This document shows, piece by piece, positions 26,033 to 36,323 of a stretch of 64,000 nucleotides of DNA (its first letter is position 1; each line of letters begins with the position of its first letter). Location: IMG/VR virus record IMGVR_UViG_3300025084_000015. One strand, written 5' to 3'. The position numbers and the translations under genes were made by a program. This DNA is from an uncultured virus (IMG/VR IMGVR_UViG_3300025084_000015). Its lineage: Duplodnaviria; Heunggongvirae; Uroviricota; Caudoviricetes. A model generated the notes under the pieces. The model was not told the DNA's origin and did not search any database. It worked only from the letters and a program-made list of their open reading frames with translations.

Positions 26033-27958
26033 TTAACCACCAAACTCATGGCCAGCGACTCGTTTCATTTGATTTTCAAATTCTTTAAAATCAGGCTTTT
26101 CTTTATAAAGCTTAATTGAAATTTCGTCCCGCTCCTTTCCTTTAATGCGCCAACTGTAACCTTTTTCTTTATGTTCAGGCTTTGTTGTTTTTACTACACG
26201 TCTTTTAAAACCGTCTTCCCAAGTTTCTCCTTTATATTTGCCTGGTCCTTCCGAAAATGTTTTGGTATCTTCTTTAAAATAGTCTTTGCCTGCTCTCTTA
26301 GCCCATTCAGCTGAAATTTTATCAGTGTCAATTGGACCTCCTTTAGCCCACGTATGACAAGCTCGAGCAGAATGGCATTTAAAGTGATGCATCCAGCAAT
26401 AACCAAGTTCACCATCTTCATCAGATGTTTCACCAGGCATACAATCTTTCATTCTAGGAGAGATATCAAAGGCAACGCAATTTTCACAGATTGACTTCTG
26501 CGCAGCTTGTACAGTTGTTTTCCAATACTTAGCAATATCTTTCCAATAAGTGCCAGGTTCATCAACATTTAAAGGACCATAATTATACTCTTTAATTGTG
26601 GCATCTCGATTTTTTGTATTTATTTTTAAATCTTGTGTTGCCGGAGGACACACAGCTTCTTCCTCAATTGATTCTTTTCTAACCTTTGCTGCTAAGTCTT
26701 TATCGGCTCCACCCCATGTGCCTTTACTCTTTGTAACAAAAGAATTGACTCGTGCATACGCCCACTGATGAGGAGTTGCTCCTGGACGATGGCCGGTCTT
26801 CCATGCGGCCATTCCGCGGTCAAACACCTTTTTCAATACACTATATGGCATACCAGATTCTTCTGCTTTTTTCTTAAGACCAGCAATTTGTTTTTCTTCG
26901 AGAGGTGTAAGCTTTTTGTACGCTTTAACTAACTCATCTGTTCCTTGATCCAAGGCTTCTTTTTTACCGAATTTTTTATGATATGCCTTTGTGTGCTTAG
27001 AAACCTTTGTCTTTGCTCGAGCATCTCCTGGGGCTTTCTTATAAGCTTTAGGATCATCATCGTCCATTTTAGCCTGCTTATTAAACTGAGCTTGGCGTTT
27101 TGCCGTAGTTGATTTTGACAAATCTTTTTTATAAGAAGGATTGATTTTTTCAATAAAATGTTTTTTGTTTTTTGAATCAATAACGTAATTTGACTTTCTT
27201 TCTTTAATTACGATTTCATCATTAGACTCAGTAACAGCAGTGTCTCCGACATTAAATATTTCGCCTGAAATATACTGCTCTCTTTTTTCTGAAAAACTTG
27301 GAAGTTGAATGTGTTTACGAAAGCTGACCTTTTCTTTTAAGCCCATTCTTTTTCGAATTAGATTAAACAGTGTCATGTCTTCGCCATACTCCTTTGGTAA
27401 TCCTTGGCTGAAAGATTTAAAGTCGCCGTCGATTGCTGCTGAACGCATCTTAGAAGCACTCATTCCTTCAACACCTTCTGCATCAGGATCTCTCTCACCG
27501 GCTGAAATAACTTCTATACCATCATTGAAATCATAAAATCCATGGCGGCCTTTTACACCATTATAGTTTTTAAGAAGTTTTTGGAATTCTTTTATGCGGT
27601 CAGAGCCAACAACCATAGTCAGCTTTGTAAAACCTTGGTCATGTAAAATAGAAGCGATGTGCAATGCAGTTTTTGCATTCTTATCTTCAATAATGTTTCT
27701 TCCGTGTTTTGGAAACATTTTGCGCATAACACGAATTTTCTCTTTATATTTAAGAGGATTCTTTTTAGAATCATTAGATTGCGAAGCATATATACGATAC
27801 TGATTTCCAATAGCTGCTGCAGCTACCTTGGTTATAAGCTTGCCGTGTCCAACAGTAGGTGGATTAAATCTTCCAAACGTAAAAACTATTGCCTTTACGC
27901 TGTCTTCATTAAACTGTTTAAAGCCTTTAATATTGTTTATTTTTTTTATCGTTCCCAT
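26033..27958 (-). CDS. Cytidyltransferase-like nucleotidyltransferase with several fused C-terminal domains
   Basis: FTFGRFNPPTVGH, VVGSDR, SAGERDPDAEGVEGMSASKMR; later RGMAAWKTGHRPG and Cys/His-rich domain. Confidence 0.85.
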   Translation of the reverse strand: MGTIKKINNIKGFKQFNEDSVKAIVFTFGRFNPPTVGHGKLITKVAAAAIGNQYRIYASQSNDSKKNPLKYKEKIRVMRKMFPKHGRNIIEDKNAKTALHIASILHDQGFTKLTMVVGSDRIKEFQKLLKNYNGVKGRHGFYDFNDGIEVISAGERDPDAEGVEGMSASKMRSAAIDGDFKSFSQGLPKEYGEDMTLFNLIRKRMGLKEKVSFRKHIQLPSFSEKREQYISGEIFNVGDTAVTESNDEIVIKERKSNYVIDSKNKKHFIEKINPSYKKDLSKSTTAKRQAQFNKQAKMDDDDPKAYKKAPGDARAKTKVSKHTKAYHKKFGKKEALDQGTDELVKAYKKLTPLEEKQIAGLKKKAEESGMPYSVLKKVFDRGMAAWKTGHRPGATPHQWAYARVNSFVTKSKGTWGGADKDLAAKVRKESIEEEAVCPPATQDLKINTKNRDATIKEYNYGPLNVDEPGTYWKDIAKYWKTTVQAAQKSICENCVAFDISPRMKDCMPGETSDEDGELGYCWMHHFKCHSARACHTWAKGGPIDTDKISAEWAKRAGKDYFKEDTKTFSEGPGKYKGETWEDGFKRRVVKTTKPEHKEKGYSWRIKGKERDEISIKLYKEKPDFKEFENQMKRVAGHEFGG

Positions 27959-29454
27959 CCTTTGATAACATCTGGTGAAAAATTATTTGTAGAAAATTCT
28001 AATCGGTCAACTAGTTTAACTGCGCCATTAGTGTTATAGTCAATCGCAACAAATCCTTCTGAACCTGTTACTTTAAAACCTTTTTTTGTTCTAATGAAAG
28101 TGTCAATTTCCTTTAACTTATCTAATTTATTTATAATAATCAACTTGGCATCAATAATTGCATTCATTAGTTGATACATCATATCAAGGTTCTTTCTATT
28201 TTCCTTAGAAAAGAATTTCATTTCGTTTTCATTCTTCAGTGCTATATCTCGTTTGCCTTTATCACTTTTGCGCTTTTTGTACTCGGCTTTATGTTTTTTA
28301 TCAAACCAAGCAATTAGATCATTTACATGCTTTGCAGTATTTTCAATACGCTCACGCTTTCTTACTAGTGTGTTATTAAATGTCTCAAGTTTAGTAGCAA
28401 GTTCTGGATTATTCTCTAGCTCGTTAAGAGTTGTCGACTTAATCTTTTGGAAGATTTTACCAGCTTTTGAAAGTTGCTCAGTAACTTCTTCAGTATCCGC
28501 TTTAGTTAATGTTGCGGTACCAGAAAGATTTTTAAGATCAGCGTCTTGATACCAAACTGTTTTTTTCTTTTTAAGAGAAGAAACGTCTACACCATAAGAT
28601 GCAGTCATAGATTCAAAACTATCACCTTTGTAAGTTGTATGCCATACAACTCCTAAATTAGCCTTTGAAATTGTCTTTGCTAAATCAGAGCCGGAAGGAA
28701 CTGCATACACGAGGGTGTTAGGCTGAAATGTAATATACTTTTCACCATCGATAGATTCAGATTCAAGGTCTCCCTTTGTAAACATAATATCTCCCTGAAT
28801 AACGTTTTTAATACCAAGATCTTTAAGTTCATTGAATGCGATTACTAATTTGTCTGCTAAGTCGCCAGATGTATCGTTTCTCACATCGGCCTCTGACTTA
28901 TAAACCTTTGGATCTTTATTAAAAATACCTTTTTTTGCTACGAAAAACTTACCATCTGAAGGATCAATTCCGGCAAATACCGCAGGTGCACCGTCCCATT
29001 TTTCAGTAACATTAGTTGAAGAACTAACTTTACCAGCTAGCATATCTCTTAAAGAACGGAGAGCAAGAATTGATTCTCTCGCTCCCTTGACTCCACCGTA
29101 AATAACACGATCTTCGATATGTGTCATGTGTGTGTTTTTGCCAGCGCGGGAAGCTTCTGAAATATAGTCTTTAAATGATTTCATAGGTGGTTCTTCGATT
29201 AAAATTTTAAGATTGGTAGATCCTGACTCGTATATACGATGATATTCCATTTTAGGAATATTAATAACATCGCCTACAACCAATTTTTTTGGAATATTAT
29301 TATCCATTTGAAACGACCAGCCTTCACCTTCTAAAATAGTAACTCGCCGATTTTGTTTATCACGATGCCAAACAAGTTCTTTCGAATCTACTGCGGCTTC
29401 AAAAATACGAATGTTCGCATTACCTTCTTTTGTGTCTGTATATGGATTACTCAT
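27946..29454 (-). CDS. Conserved T4-like protein (DUF6267-like, KNTHMTHIED...KWDGAPA) with N-terminal cupin-like domain
   Basis: ELVWHRD...EYHRI cupin then MKSFKDYISE, KWDGAPAV, EGFVA, KLVDRLEFS. Confidence 0.8.
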   Translation of the reverse strand: MSNPYTDTKEGNANIRIFEAAVDSKELVWHRDKQNRRVTILEGEGWSFQMDNNIPKKLVVGDVINIPKMEYHRIYESGSTNLKILIEEPPMKSFKDYISEASRAGKNTHMTHIEDRVIYGGVKGARESILALRSLRDMLAGKVSSSTNVTEKWDGAPAVFAGIDPSDGKFFVAKKGIFNKDPKVYKSEADVRNDTSGDLADKLVIAFNELKDLGIKNVIQGDIMFTKGDLESESIDGEKYITFQPNTLVYAVPSGSDLAKTISKANLGVVWHTTYKGDSFESMTASYGVDVSSLKKKKTVWYQDADLKNLSGTATLTKADTEEVTEQLSKAGKIFQKIKSTTLNELENNPELATKLETFNNTLVRKRERIENTAKHVNDLIAWFDKKHKAEYKKRKSDKGKRDIALKNENEMKFFSKENRKNLDMMYQLMNAIIDAKLIIINKLDKLKEIDTFIRTKKGFKVTGSEGFVAIDYNTNGAVKLVDRLEFSTNNFSPDVIKGWER

Positions 29455-29978
29455 TACCAGAAAAAATTACCTCCGTTTTTAAGACCTAGTTCAGATGCGT
29501 ATCGTGGGAGATTACACGACCAATATCCTGCTTTTGTTTTATCTTTTTTAAGATGACACTTGTGACGTGCAGCAAAAGATTTCCTTGCACCATCATCAGC
29601 GAAATTTACATCAAGGCCTGATGTATCGCCAAACTCAACCTTTATGATATTGCCTTTATCATTCTTAACATAAACATAAAACTTCTTACTTCCGCCTCGC
29701 TTAGGTTGATTCAAATCAACCTTATTACCTTTGTATTCTGCTTCATTGATGAATGGATGATCTAAAGGAACTTCAATTCCTTCGTAAATTCCAAAATTTC
29801 CAATGTCTGTTGATAACAAATACTCGTCAAAATCAGTTAAATTTAAAGACTCTTTAAGAATACGTGCATAACTAAAAAGTTTGTAATAATTTTCAGAATG
29901 AGGTCTAAAAATATTATTAGCTAGTGGGATGCTATTTTCGTAATGAAAATCAAGTGCTTCTAGTACATTTTGGTTCAT
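29454..29978 (-). CDS. Conserved T4-like protein (EAEYKG..V.L..P.RGG.KKF.VYV...ARKSFAARHKC)
   Basis: Characteristic motifs. Confidence 0.75.
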   Translation of the reverse strand: MNQNVLEALDFHYENSIPLANNIFRPHSENYYKLFSYARILKESLNLTDFDEYLLSTDIGNFGIYEGIEVPLDHPFINEAEYKGNKVDLNQPKRGGSKKFYVYVKNDKGNIIKVEFGDTSGLDVNFADDGARKSFAARHKCHLKKDKTKAGYWSCNLPRYASELGLKNGGNFFW

Positions 29979-31783
29979 TTTAAAAATTTAATAAATTGTT
30001 CGTGCGATATTTTTTTAGTTCCTTCAAAGTTAAAGGAGAATCTACCTGATGCATTGGTTCCAGTGCGGAATGCTGTATAAAAAATTTGATTGTCCACAAC
30101 GTCACTTACAACATACAGATCGATATTTAAATATTTATTATCTTGTGTATTCATCCTAATGCCTGAAATTGGAAATTGAACGTCTTTAAGTTTTTCTTTT
30201 TTCTTTTCAACATATTCGTCAGCTGAACCCAAATATTCCCATGACTTACCTCCTGACTTTCCATACACTTTATATAGAGGAAGAGATGTCTTACCGAAAA
30301 ATACTTCTTTATGCATGTCAATCACCGCAGACATAATTTCGTCTGTTTTCGCTGTACCAATAATAGATTGTACAGATGCCAATGAATACGAATTAGAAAG
30401 AAGTTTTGAAATAACATCGATGTTTAATTCGCTTTTGTCACTAAAGTTCTTAATCTTACTCCCGGCTTTATGTATAAGATAATCTTTAGTATTATACAAA
30501 TTAATAATTTCGCTCTTTTTATTTCTAACTTCTTTAACGAGTTTATTTGCGTTAGATATCTTAATATTTTCAAGCTTGCTGTTCAAAGTTTGTTCAGCCT
30601 TTTTTTCGAGAATAATATTTGGGTTTTCAGCATAACTTTCAAGGATAAACATATCCCTTTTTCCTAAATTGAAAAGCTTTTGATAACGTGAAAAAACTTT
30701 TTTCTTCTCTTTAGAATTAACCTTTTTAAAGTTATTCATAATATTACTAAAGAAATTAGTAACTGCTGCAGAAACTTTTGAAAAAACATCCTTTACTTTA
30801 CTGTAAGCAGTTTTAATAAAATCGATAACACCTTCATCAATAACAATTGATTCGTTGACAATATCGGTGAAGTAATCGTCGTAAGAAGGTAAACCGTATT
30901 TCTGAATAAGGTACGCTGTAACCTTACCAAGTTGTGCTTTATTAGCTGATTTTTTCAAAGATACTTGTATAAGCTTAATCTTACTATTTTTTCCAGTAAT
31001 TAATCCGTTTTTATCAAATGTGAATGAGTCGCTTTTCATTGCCTCAATCGTTTTATTAGCATCAGCGGAAGAAATAATCATGTCTGCAGTATTTGCTTTA
31101 ACGCCTGTTATTTCAACGTTTTCGTTTTCTTCTTCAGCTGAATAATAGTCATTAATTCTTCCATGGATAATGTTTGGTTTAAAATCAATAAGACTCATAA
31201 AATCACTCATACCAGCGATTAGTCCAATCAATTCATTAAAATTCTTGGAAGTCATTGTGTCAAGTTTTGAAAGAAGACCTGACTTCCCTTTAGTATCCCA
31301 ATCTTGGCCGTTGTTAAGAATATCCTTTACATTTTTAATTACGCGGCTTCTGTCTTCAGCATCGGCTTCTACTGATTTATAAAAAACACCAATACACTGA
31401 ACTGTTTCTAGTGTTGGTGTGTCTCTTCCCCAGTTTATGTCTGATCCTATTTTTAAATTGTTAAAATAGTTATCAACTGCTTTTTCATACCATGCAACTG
31501 CACCATATGATTTTCCATCTGGACCGTCTAAAATATTAAATGCAGCTCTTAATTCGTCCTTAGGATTACCAAATATAATAGCATCAGAAGGAACTTTGCT
31601 GGGATCTAATTTACTAAAAACCGGCGAAGGTGGCAAGTTAATTTTTCCAGCGAGTTTTTTATTAAAAGCATCAATCTTTTGAGTCTTTAAAATGAAGAAT
31701 GATCCTTCTCCGTATTTAGAAGCACTCACTGTTGCTTCTGTCATAGTATCCGATAAAATTTCGTAATCTTTAAATGTTAACAT
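29975..31783 (-). CDS. Large late hypothetical protein, capsid-targeting-like N-terminus
   Basis: MLTFKDY; tandem TATAAATA at 31827..31811. Confidence 0.65.
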   Translation of the reverse strand: MLTFKDYEILSDTMTEATVSASKYGEGSFFILKTQKIDAFNKKLAGKINLPPSPVFSKLDPSKVPSDAIIFGNPKDELRAAFNILDGPDGKSYGAVAWYEKAVDNYFNNLKIGSDINWGRDTPTLETVQCIGVFYKSVEADAEDRSRVIKNVKDILNNGQDWDTKGKSGLLSKLDTMTSKNFNELIGLIAGMSDFMSLIDFKPNIIHGRINDYYSAEEENENVEITGVKANTADMIISSADANKTIEAMKSDSFTFDKNGLITGKNSKIKLIQVSLKKSANKAQLGKVTAYLIQKYGLPSYDDYFTDIVNESIVIDEGVIDFIKTAYSKVKDVFSKVSAAVTNFFSNIMNNFKKVNSKEKKKVFSRYQKLFNLGKRDMFILESYAENPNIILEKKAEQTLNSKLENIKISNANKLVKEVRNKKSEIINLYNTKDYLIHKAGSKIKNFSDKSELNIDVISKLLSNSYSLASVQSIIGTAKTDEIMSAVIDMHKEVFFGKTSLPLYKVYGKSGGKSWEYLGSADEYVEKKKEKLKDVQFPISGIRMNTQDNKYLNIDLYVVSDVVDNQIFYTAFRTGTNASGRFSFNFEGTKKISHEQFIKFLK

Positions 31784-31848
31784 GATTCCCCATAAATTAA
31801 GTAGTATTTCTATTTATAATATTTATACACTTGACGATATGATTAATG

Positions 31849-32295
31849 TTAAATCTCTGAAGAAACCCATTGGATGTACAATCCTTTTTCACGGCCGTGG
31901 GCTTCAATCTCCCATGGATGATCATAATAGTTTAACTTTGAAAGATTGATATCTTTCCCCTGCCATTTGCAAACTGCGTCTGTAGCAGAAAAATCTTTAA
32001 GCTCTCCTCTGGCATACTGTTTTACGTGAACCATTTCGTGAGCAACAGTTTCCATCATATCATCACGATCTTGTGTAGAATCAACACGTATTATAAACTC
32101 TCTAGGACGATTACACGAATCATCATTCCATATACAATCTCCAGCAAGGCCTTCCTTTTCTGTAAGATTAGCAATTAGTGTTACATCAATTGCTAATTTG
32201 TCTTTAAGTCTCGGCATAAGCTTGTCTACACAAAACTCGATTAGAGATTTTACTTCGGCCCTTTTATTTTTTCCGGATCCAGATACTTTAACCAT
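31849..32295 (-). CDS. Zn-metallopeptidase-like (HExxH) protein
   Basis: TVAHEMVHVKQY, YYDHPWEIEA. Confidence 0.8.
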   Translation of the reverse strand: MVKVSGSGKNKRAEVKSLIEFCVDKLMPRLKDKLAIDVTLIANLTEKEGLAGDCIWNDDSCNRPREFIIRVDSTQDRDDMMETVAHEMVHVKQYARGELKDFSATDAVCKWQGKDINLSKLNYYDHPWEIEAHGREKGLYIQWVSSEI

Positions 32296-32299
32296 TACT

Positions 32300-32384
32300 A
32301 TCTAGATAGATTCTACCATAAAAACTAGCCATTGTACATATTTTTTTTCTAGAAAATACACCTATTTTGGTGTTCAAATGAACA
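32300..32384 (-). promoter_or_regulatory. Repeated early promoter cassette with TGTTC-AAAT-GAACA box
   Basis: TGTACA 32338..32333, TAGAAT 32315..32310; box 32371..32384. Confidence 0.8.
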
Positions 32385-32388
32385 ATAT

Positions 32389-33756
32389 CTATATTTTAAA
32401 GGCTGAAAAGTCGCTATTTCCGCAAGGTGCTGCAGATGTTGTAATTTCATCACTAGATAAAGTTTGAGCTGAATCTTCAACATCGTATAGTCTCATTTTA
32501 GATCGATCAATACCAACAACAAATCTTTTGTTCTGTGTTGGGTCGTTATATCGATTTTTAAGTTGCTTTACCATAAGTTGATTCATACCTTCCAGCTGTT
32601 CGGTGGAAATAAGGGCAAGCATTAAATCAGCGGTTGCAGGAAGACCAAAGGATTCAGAAGTATCTGTCAACTCAACATCAGTATTACCAAAACCTGAACG
32701 AGTAACTTGAGTAGCTGACCAGATTGGAACATCGTGCTCAACAGCTAAACCTCTGAGTTCTTCAGCAATTGCTTTAATAAGCGAGTACGTATTAACAGAG
32801 CCACCCAACCCTTTAATGCGCGATGATCCCATAATGTTAAGATAATCGACATAAACTATATCAGGCTTAAAGTTTTTCTTAAGCCTTAGCTCATCAAACA
32901 AAGCTCTAAAATGGCCGACATGCGCTGTAGCTGTAGGATATTCTTTTACGATAAGTTTGCCTCTAGACTTCTCCTTGAGTTTGTCAACTTTGGTATCAAA
33001 AAGTTGTTGAGGCAACGTCTCAAGTTGATCAATCGGGACATCAAGTAAATTAGCATCGATTCGCTCAGCAATCCTTTCTTCTGCCATTTCGAGAGTAACG
33101 TATAATACGTTGAGTCCAGCGGCGAGATTGGCACTAGCGAAGTGACACATCGCCAAACTTTTTCCCACACCCGTACCTGCCAATATGATGTTAAGAGTTT
33201 TATTCGAAACACCACCTTTTGTAATGGTGTTAAGGAGCGATATGTCAAACGGTATTTTATCTTCTTGAGCATGATAGAAATCGTATCGTTGGGTTGAATT
33301 TTCAAAATAGTCGTGGCCGACATTTGTATCAAAAGACACTTGGAGTGCCTTGGATAATATTCCGGGGATTGCACCATCTGTTAGTTGTGTTTCCTTTCCA
33401 TCGATGATGCTTATAGATTTGATGATAGCAAGATAGACTGCTCTATTCTTGCACCATTCCTCGGTAGAGTTCAGTAGCCATTCTCTGTCAATCTTCTCAT
33501 GATTACACAAATCAAGAATTAAATTATGAATCTCATTCTTGTTTGACTTATTTATAAAATCAGACTTTTGAAACTCAACATCCAGTGCAGATGATGTTGG
33601 TAATTTGTTGTAATTACCTAAAAATTGGAGTATTAGTTCATACACAGGCCGATACTCGTTTTCAAAGTATTCAGGCTTGAGGTGTGGTAGTGTCTGACGA
33701 CAAAATTCTTCATCGTTCGTCAGATTCTTGAGTATCAGCTTCTGTAGATTCGTCAT
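32389..33756 (-). CDS. 41: Replicative DNA helicase gp41
   Basis: AGTGVGKS, TLEMAEERIAERIDAN, VDYLNI, SATQVTR, SESFGLPATAD. Confidence 0.97.
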   Translation of the reverse strand: MTNLQKLILKNLTNDEEFCRQTLPHLKPEYFENEYRPVYELILQFLGNYNKLPTSSALDVEFQKSDFINKSNKNEIHNLILDLCNHEKIDREWLLNSTEEWCKNRAVYLAIIKSISIIDGKETQLTDGAIPGILSKALQVSFDTNVGHDYFENSTQRYDFYHAQEDKIPFDISLLNTITKGGVSNKTLNIILAGTGVGKSLAMCHFASANLAAGLNVLYVTLEMAEERIAERIDANLLDVPIDQLETLPQQLFDTKVDKLKEKSRGKLIVKEYPTATAHVGHFRALFDELRLKKNFKPDIVYVDYLNIMGSSRIKGLGGSVNTYSLIKAIAEELRGLAVEHDVPIWSATQVTRSGFGNTDVELTDTSESFGLPATADLMLALISTEQLEGMNQLMVKQLKNRYNDPTQNKRFVVGIDRSKMRLYDVEDSAQTLSSDEITTSAAPCGNSDFSAFKI

Positions 33757-34042
33757 TAACTTTTTCTTCGATTAAAGTGATAAGGATATCACCCATAAAA
33801 TTTTTAAACGCCTTAGATTTTTCTAATTTAGTTTTCTTTTTTCCTTTAGGAACTTCATTAATTGCAAAGTCAAATTTTACAACTGGTTCATCAACTGTAC
33901 CTTTGATTTCAACTTTACCATAGGTATATATTACACCAGTATAAGGACCTTGTACAACCTTTAATGCATACAATTCACTATCACCTTTTTCAACAAATTG
34001 AATATATCTGTCGACGTTTACTTTATTCGCTGGCATCTTCAA
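33710..34042 (-). CDS. gp40-like protein (synteny between uvsX and gp41)
   Basis: Position and size; GPYTGVIYTYGKV, FMGDIL. Confidence 0.55.
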   Translation of the reverse strand: MKMPANKVNVDRYIQFVEKGDSELYALKVVQGPYTGVIYTYGKVEIKGTVDEPVVKFDFAINEVPKGKKKTKLEKSKAFKNFMGDILITLIEEKVNDESTEADTQESDER

Positions 34043-35072
34043 CCTCCTCTATTACCATTTCTACTGTTCCAATTTTAAACATCTTTTCAATATCTTGTGC
34101 AAAGTCAGTATTTTCAAAAACTGGTTCCCAGAAAGCCTTTTCTAAAGTTTGCTTAGCACGAACATTTCCGCAGAGCTCTTCGCCATTAGCTGGATTTTTC
34201 GCTTGATACCAACCGTTTTTAGGCTTAACGACGTGACCGGTTTTTAGAGCTACATCGAGTAAACCAGACCATTTCTGAATGCCACCTTCCCAAGAAACTG
34301 AAATAGGAATTTTAGATTTTTCTTTAACAAAACGAGACTTTTCGACGTTTACAACAAAGTGGTAACCTTTAATTTCGGTGCCGTCTTTTTCTTGTCGGCG
34401 GCCGATAATCCAAACATTGTCAGCAGAATACATTACACCAGTTCCACCTGAAACAATAGCTTTTGGGAACATACCTTGTTCCATGTATGTGTGATTAATA
34501 GCAAGAAGAGGAATATCTTTAAGAGTCAGTGTTGGTGTAATCATTCTAAAAAGACCTTTAAGAGCTTTTGCCCGTGTCATATCAGCAACTGATTTCATAT
34601 TTTCAGCATCTTCAACTTCTTTCTTAGAAGCAATATTTCCAACAGAGTCAATTACAACAATGACTTTATCTTTGCGATCAATCTCATTTAATTGGTGTAC
34701 AATATCAAACTTCAGTTCTTCAATGTTAGTAACAGGTGTGTGAAGTACACGCGAAGTATCAATTCCGAAAGATTCAAAGTAAGATTGTGGTGATCCAAAT
34801 TCTGAATCATAAAACATAAGAACCGCATCATCATGTTTTTTCAAATAAGCAGCAGCCATTAAAAGCGCAAATGATGTTTTAAAATGTTTTGATGGGCCGG
34901 CCAATACTGTAAGGCCTGAGGCAAGTCCGCCATCGATTGAGCCAGACAGCGCGACGTTGATCATTGGCACCGGTGTTGGTGTCAATTCTTTTTCAGAAAA
35001 AAGTTTTGATTCTGAAAGGACAGCTGCACCCGCGGAGCGGGATGATTTTTTAAGTTTTTCTAATAATGACAT
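34023..35072 (-). CDS. uvsX: RecA-like recombinase UvsX
   Basis: AGPSKHFKT, YDSEFG, DSVGNIASKKE, DMTRAK, KSRFVKEK. Confidence 0.97.
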   Translation of the reverse strand: MSLLEKLKKSSRSAGAAVLSESKLFSEKELTPTPVPMINVALSGSIDGGLASGLTVLAGPSKHFKTSFALLMAAAYLKKHDDAVLMFYDSEFGSPQSYFESFGIDTSRVLHTPVTNIEELKFDIVHQLNEIDRKDKVIVVIDSVGNIASKKEVEDAENMKSVADMTRAKALKGLFRMITPTLTLKDIPLLAINHTYMEQGMFPKAIVSGGTGVMYSADNVWIIGRRQEKDGTEIKGYHFVVNVEKSRFVKEKSKIPISVSWEGGIQKWSGLLDVALKTGHVVKPKNGWYQAKNPANGEELCGNVRAKQTLEKAFWEPVFENTDFAQDIEKMFKIGTVEMVIEEVEDASE

Positions 35073-35125
35073 ATCTGTTTTTAGCTTGTAGATATTATAC
35101 TACTGTTTTGTCTGTTTGTACACCA

Positions 35126-36322
35126 CTAAATGAAAGATTCAATGGTTTGAACATTTTCCTCAAATTCTATTGTTTGTTTTTTATTATCAGCGATAGCAAA
35201 ATCTGCTTCACGACTATTTAATTTTCCATTGAGCCAATCTTTAATACCTAACGCCATGTCTGTAGCTGTAGTAACAGGAACATTTTGACAAATCATATTA
35301 AGATTTCTTTTTCCTCCTTGAAGTTGAAACTCTTTTGGCATTTTCATAATCGCTAAACACTCACGAATAGTAAGATATCTATCTTTATGTGGGTGTGTAA
35401 GACATGTTGGCATATGACCAACGAAAGCACCAATGTAATCCTTAGGTATTTCGGTTAATTTGCGCATAACGTTTCCTCCAGCTTTTAGCTTTTTATGAAC
35501 CTGCAAGCATCTTTCTGCTTTTTTAGGATAACCATTGTCTTCCATCCAAACCGCAACTTTATCATATTCTATACCATGTTTTTCTATATAATCCATAGGA
35601 TTAATAGTTTTTTCAATCTTATCAAAAAATTGTCTATGAGTAATACCGCCTTCAATTTCTTCTAAAACATATTTGTAAAAAGGATTTTCTGTTGGTTTAC
35701 CAGTGTTTGTCAACTTATTCATAGGATCATCATCAGACACAAATGAATTTATAATAGTATCTTCAATTCTTTCGTGTGGACGATGATAAAAAGGCATATA
35801 TGGAATTCTTTTTCCTTTCCAGAAAAAGTAAAAAGATCTGTCCCTAGTTTGGCTTAGGCCGTGAAGTTTTGATTTTGTTTTATATAAGAGAAGAGTATAA
35901 CCATTTTCTTTTGCTACATCTCTTAATTTTTTTACGATAGGACCACCCATTTTTGAAGCAAGACGAGGAGCGTTTTCTCCCCAAAAAACTTTAGGTTTAA
36001 CTTTACCTAAAACGTATTTTGCAGATTCAACCATCCAATCGTTTGCTTTATTATCTATAGAAGCTGATGGACTAAGTGAAGATAACCCAGCACATGGACA
36101 TACAGCGTTTACTACATCCACATAACTTTTCTTTTCATCACCTTGATCAATTAAATAATATGGAACTTCATTATTATAATGATTTAAAAGTTGTGAGTCG
36201 TTGTCTTGAAAAGGCGAATACGATAAAATATACTCAGGTCTTTTTTCAAAGGCGTTTTCCATTGCGATTGTTTCACCACCTATAAGTGGAACGCACGAAG
36301 CGTAATTATATTTGTTTTTCAT
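35126..36322 (-). CDS. DNA cytosine-C5 methyltransferase-like protein with atypical motif I
   Basis: CPCAGLS (motif IV), GENAP (VI), QTRDR (VIII), RYLTIRECLAIM (IX), QNVPV (X); motif I reads PLIGG. Confidence 0.75.
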   Translation of the reverse strand: MKNKYNYASCVPLIGGETIAMENAFEKRPEYILSYSPFQDNDSQLLNHYNNEVPYYLIDQGDEKKSYVDVVNAVCPCAGLSSLSPSASIDNKANDWMVESAKYVLGKVKPKVFWGENAPRLASKMGGPIVKKLRDVAKENGYTLLLYKTKSKLHGLSQTRDRSFYFFWKGKRIPYMPFYHRPHERIEDTIINSFVSDDDPMNKLTNTGKPTENPFYKYVLEEIEGGITHRQFFDKIEKTINPMDYIEKHGIEYDKVAVWMEDNGYPKKAERCLQVHKKLKAGGNVMRKLTEIPKDYIGAFVGHMPTCLTHPHKDRYLTIRECLAIMKMPKEFQLQGGKRNLNMICQNVPVTTATDMALGIKDWLNGKLNSREADFAIADNKKQTIEFEENVQTIESFI

Positions 36323-36323
36323 T

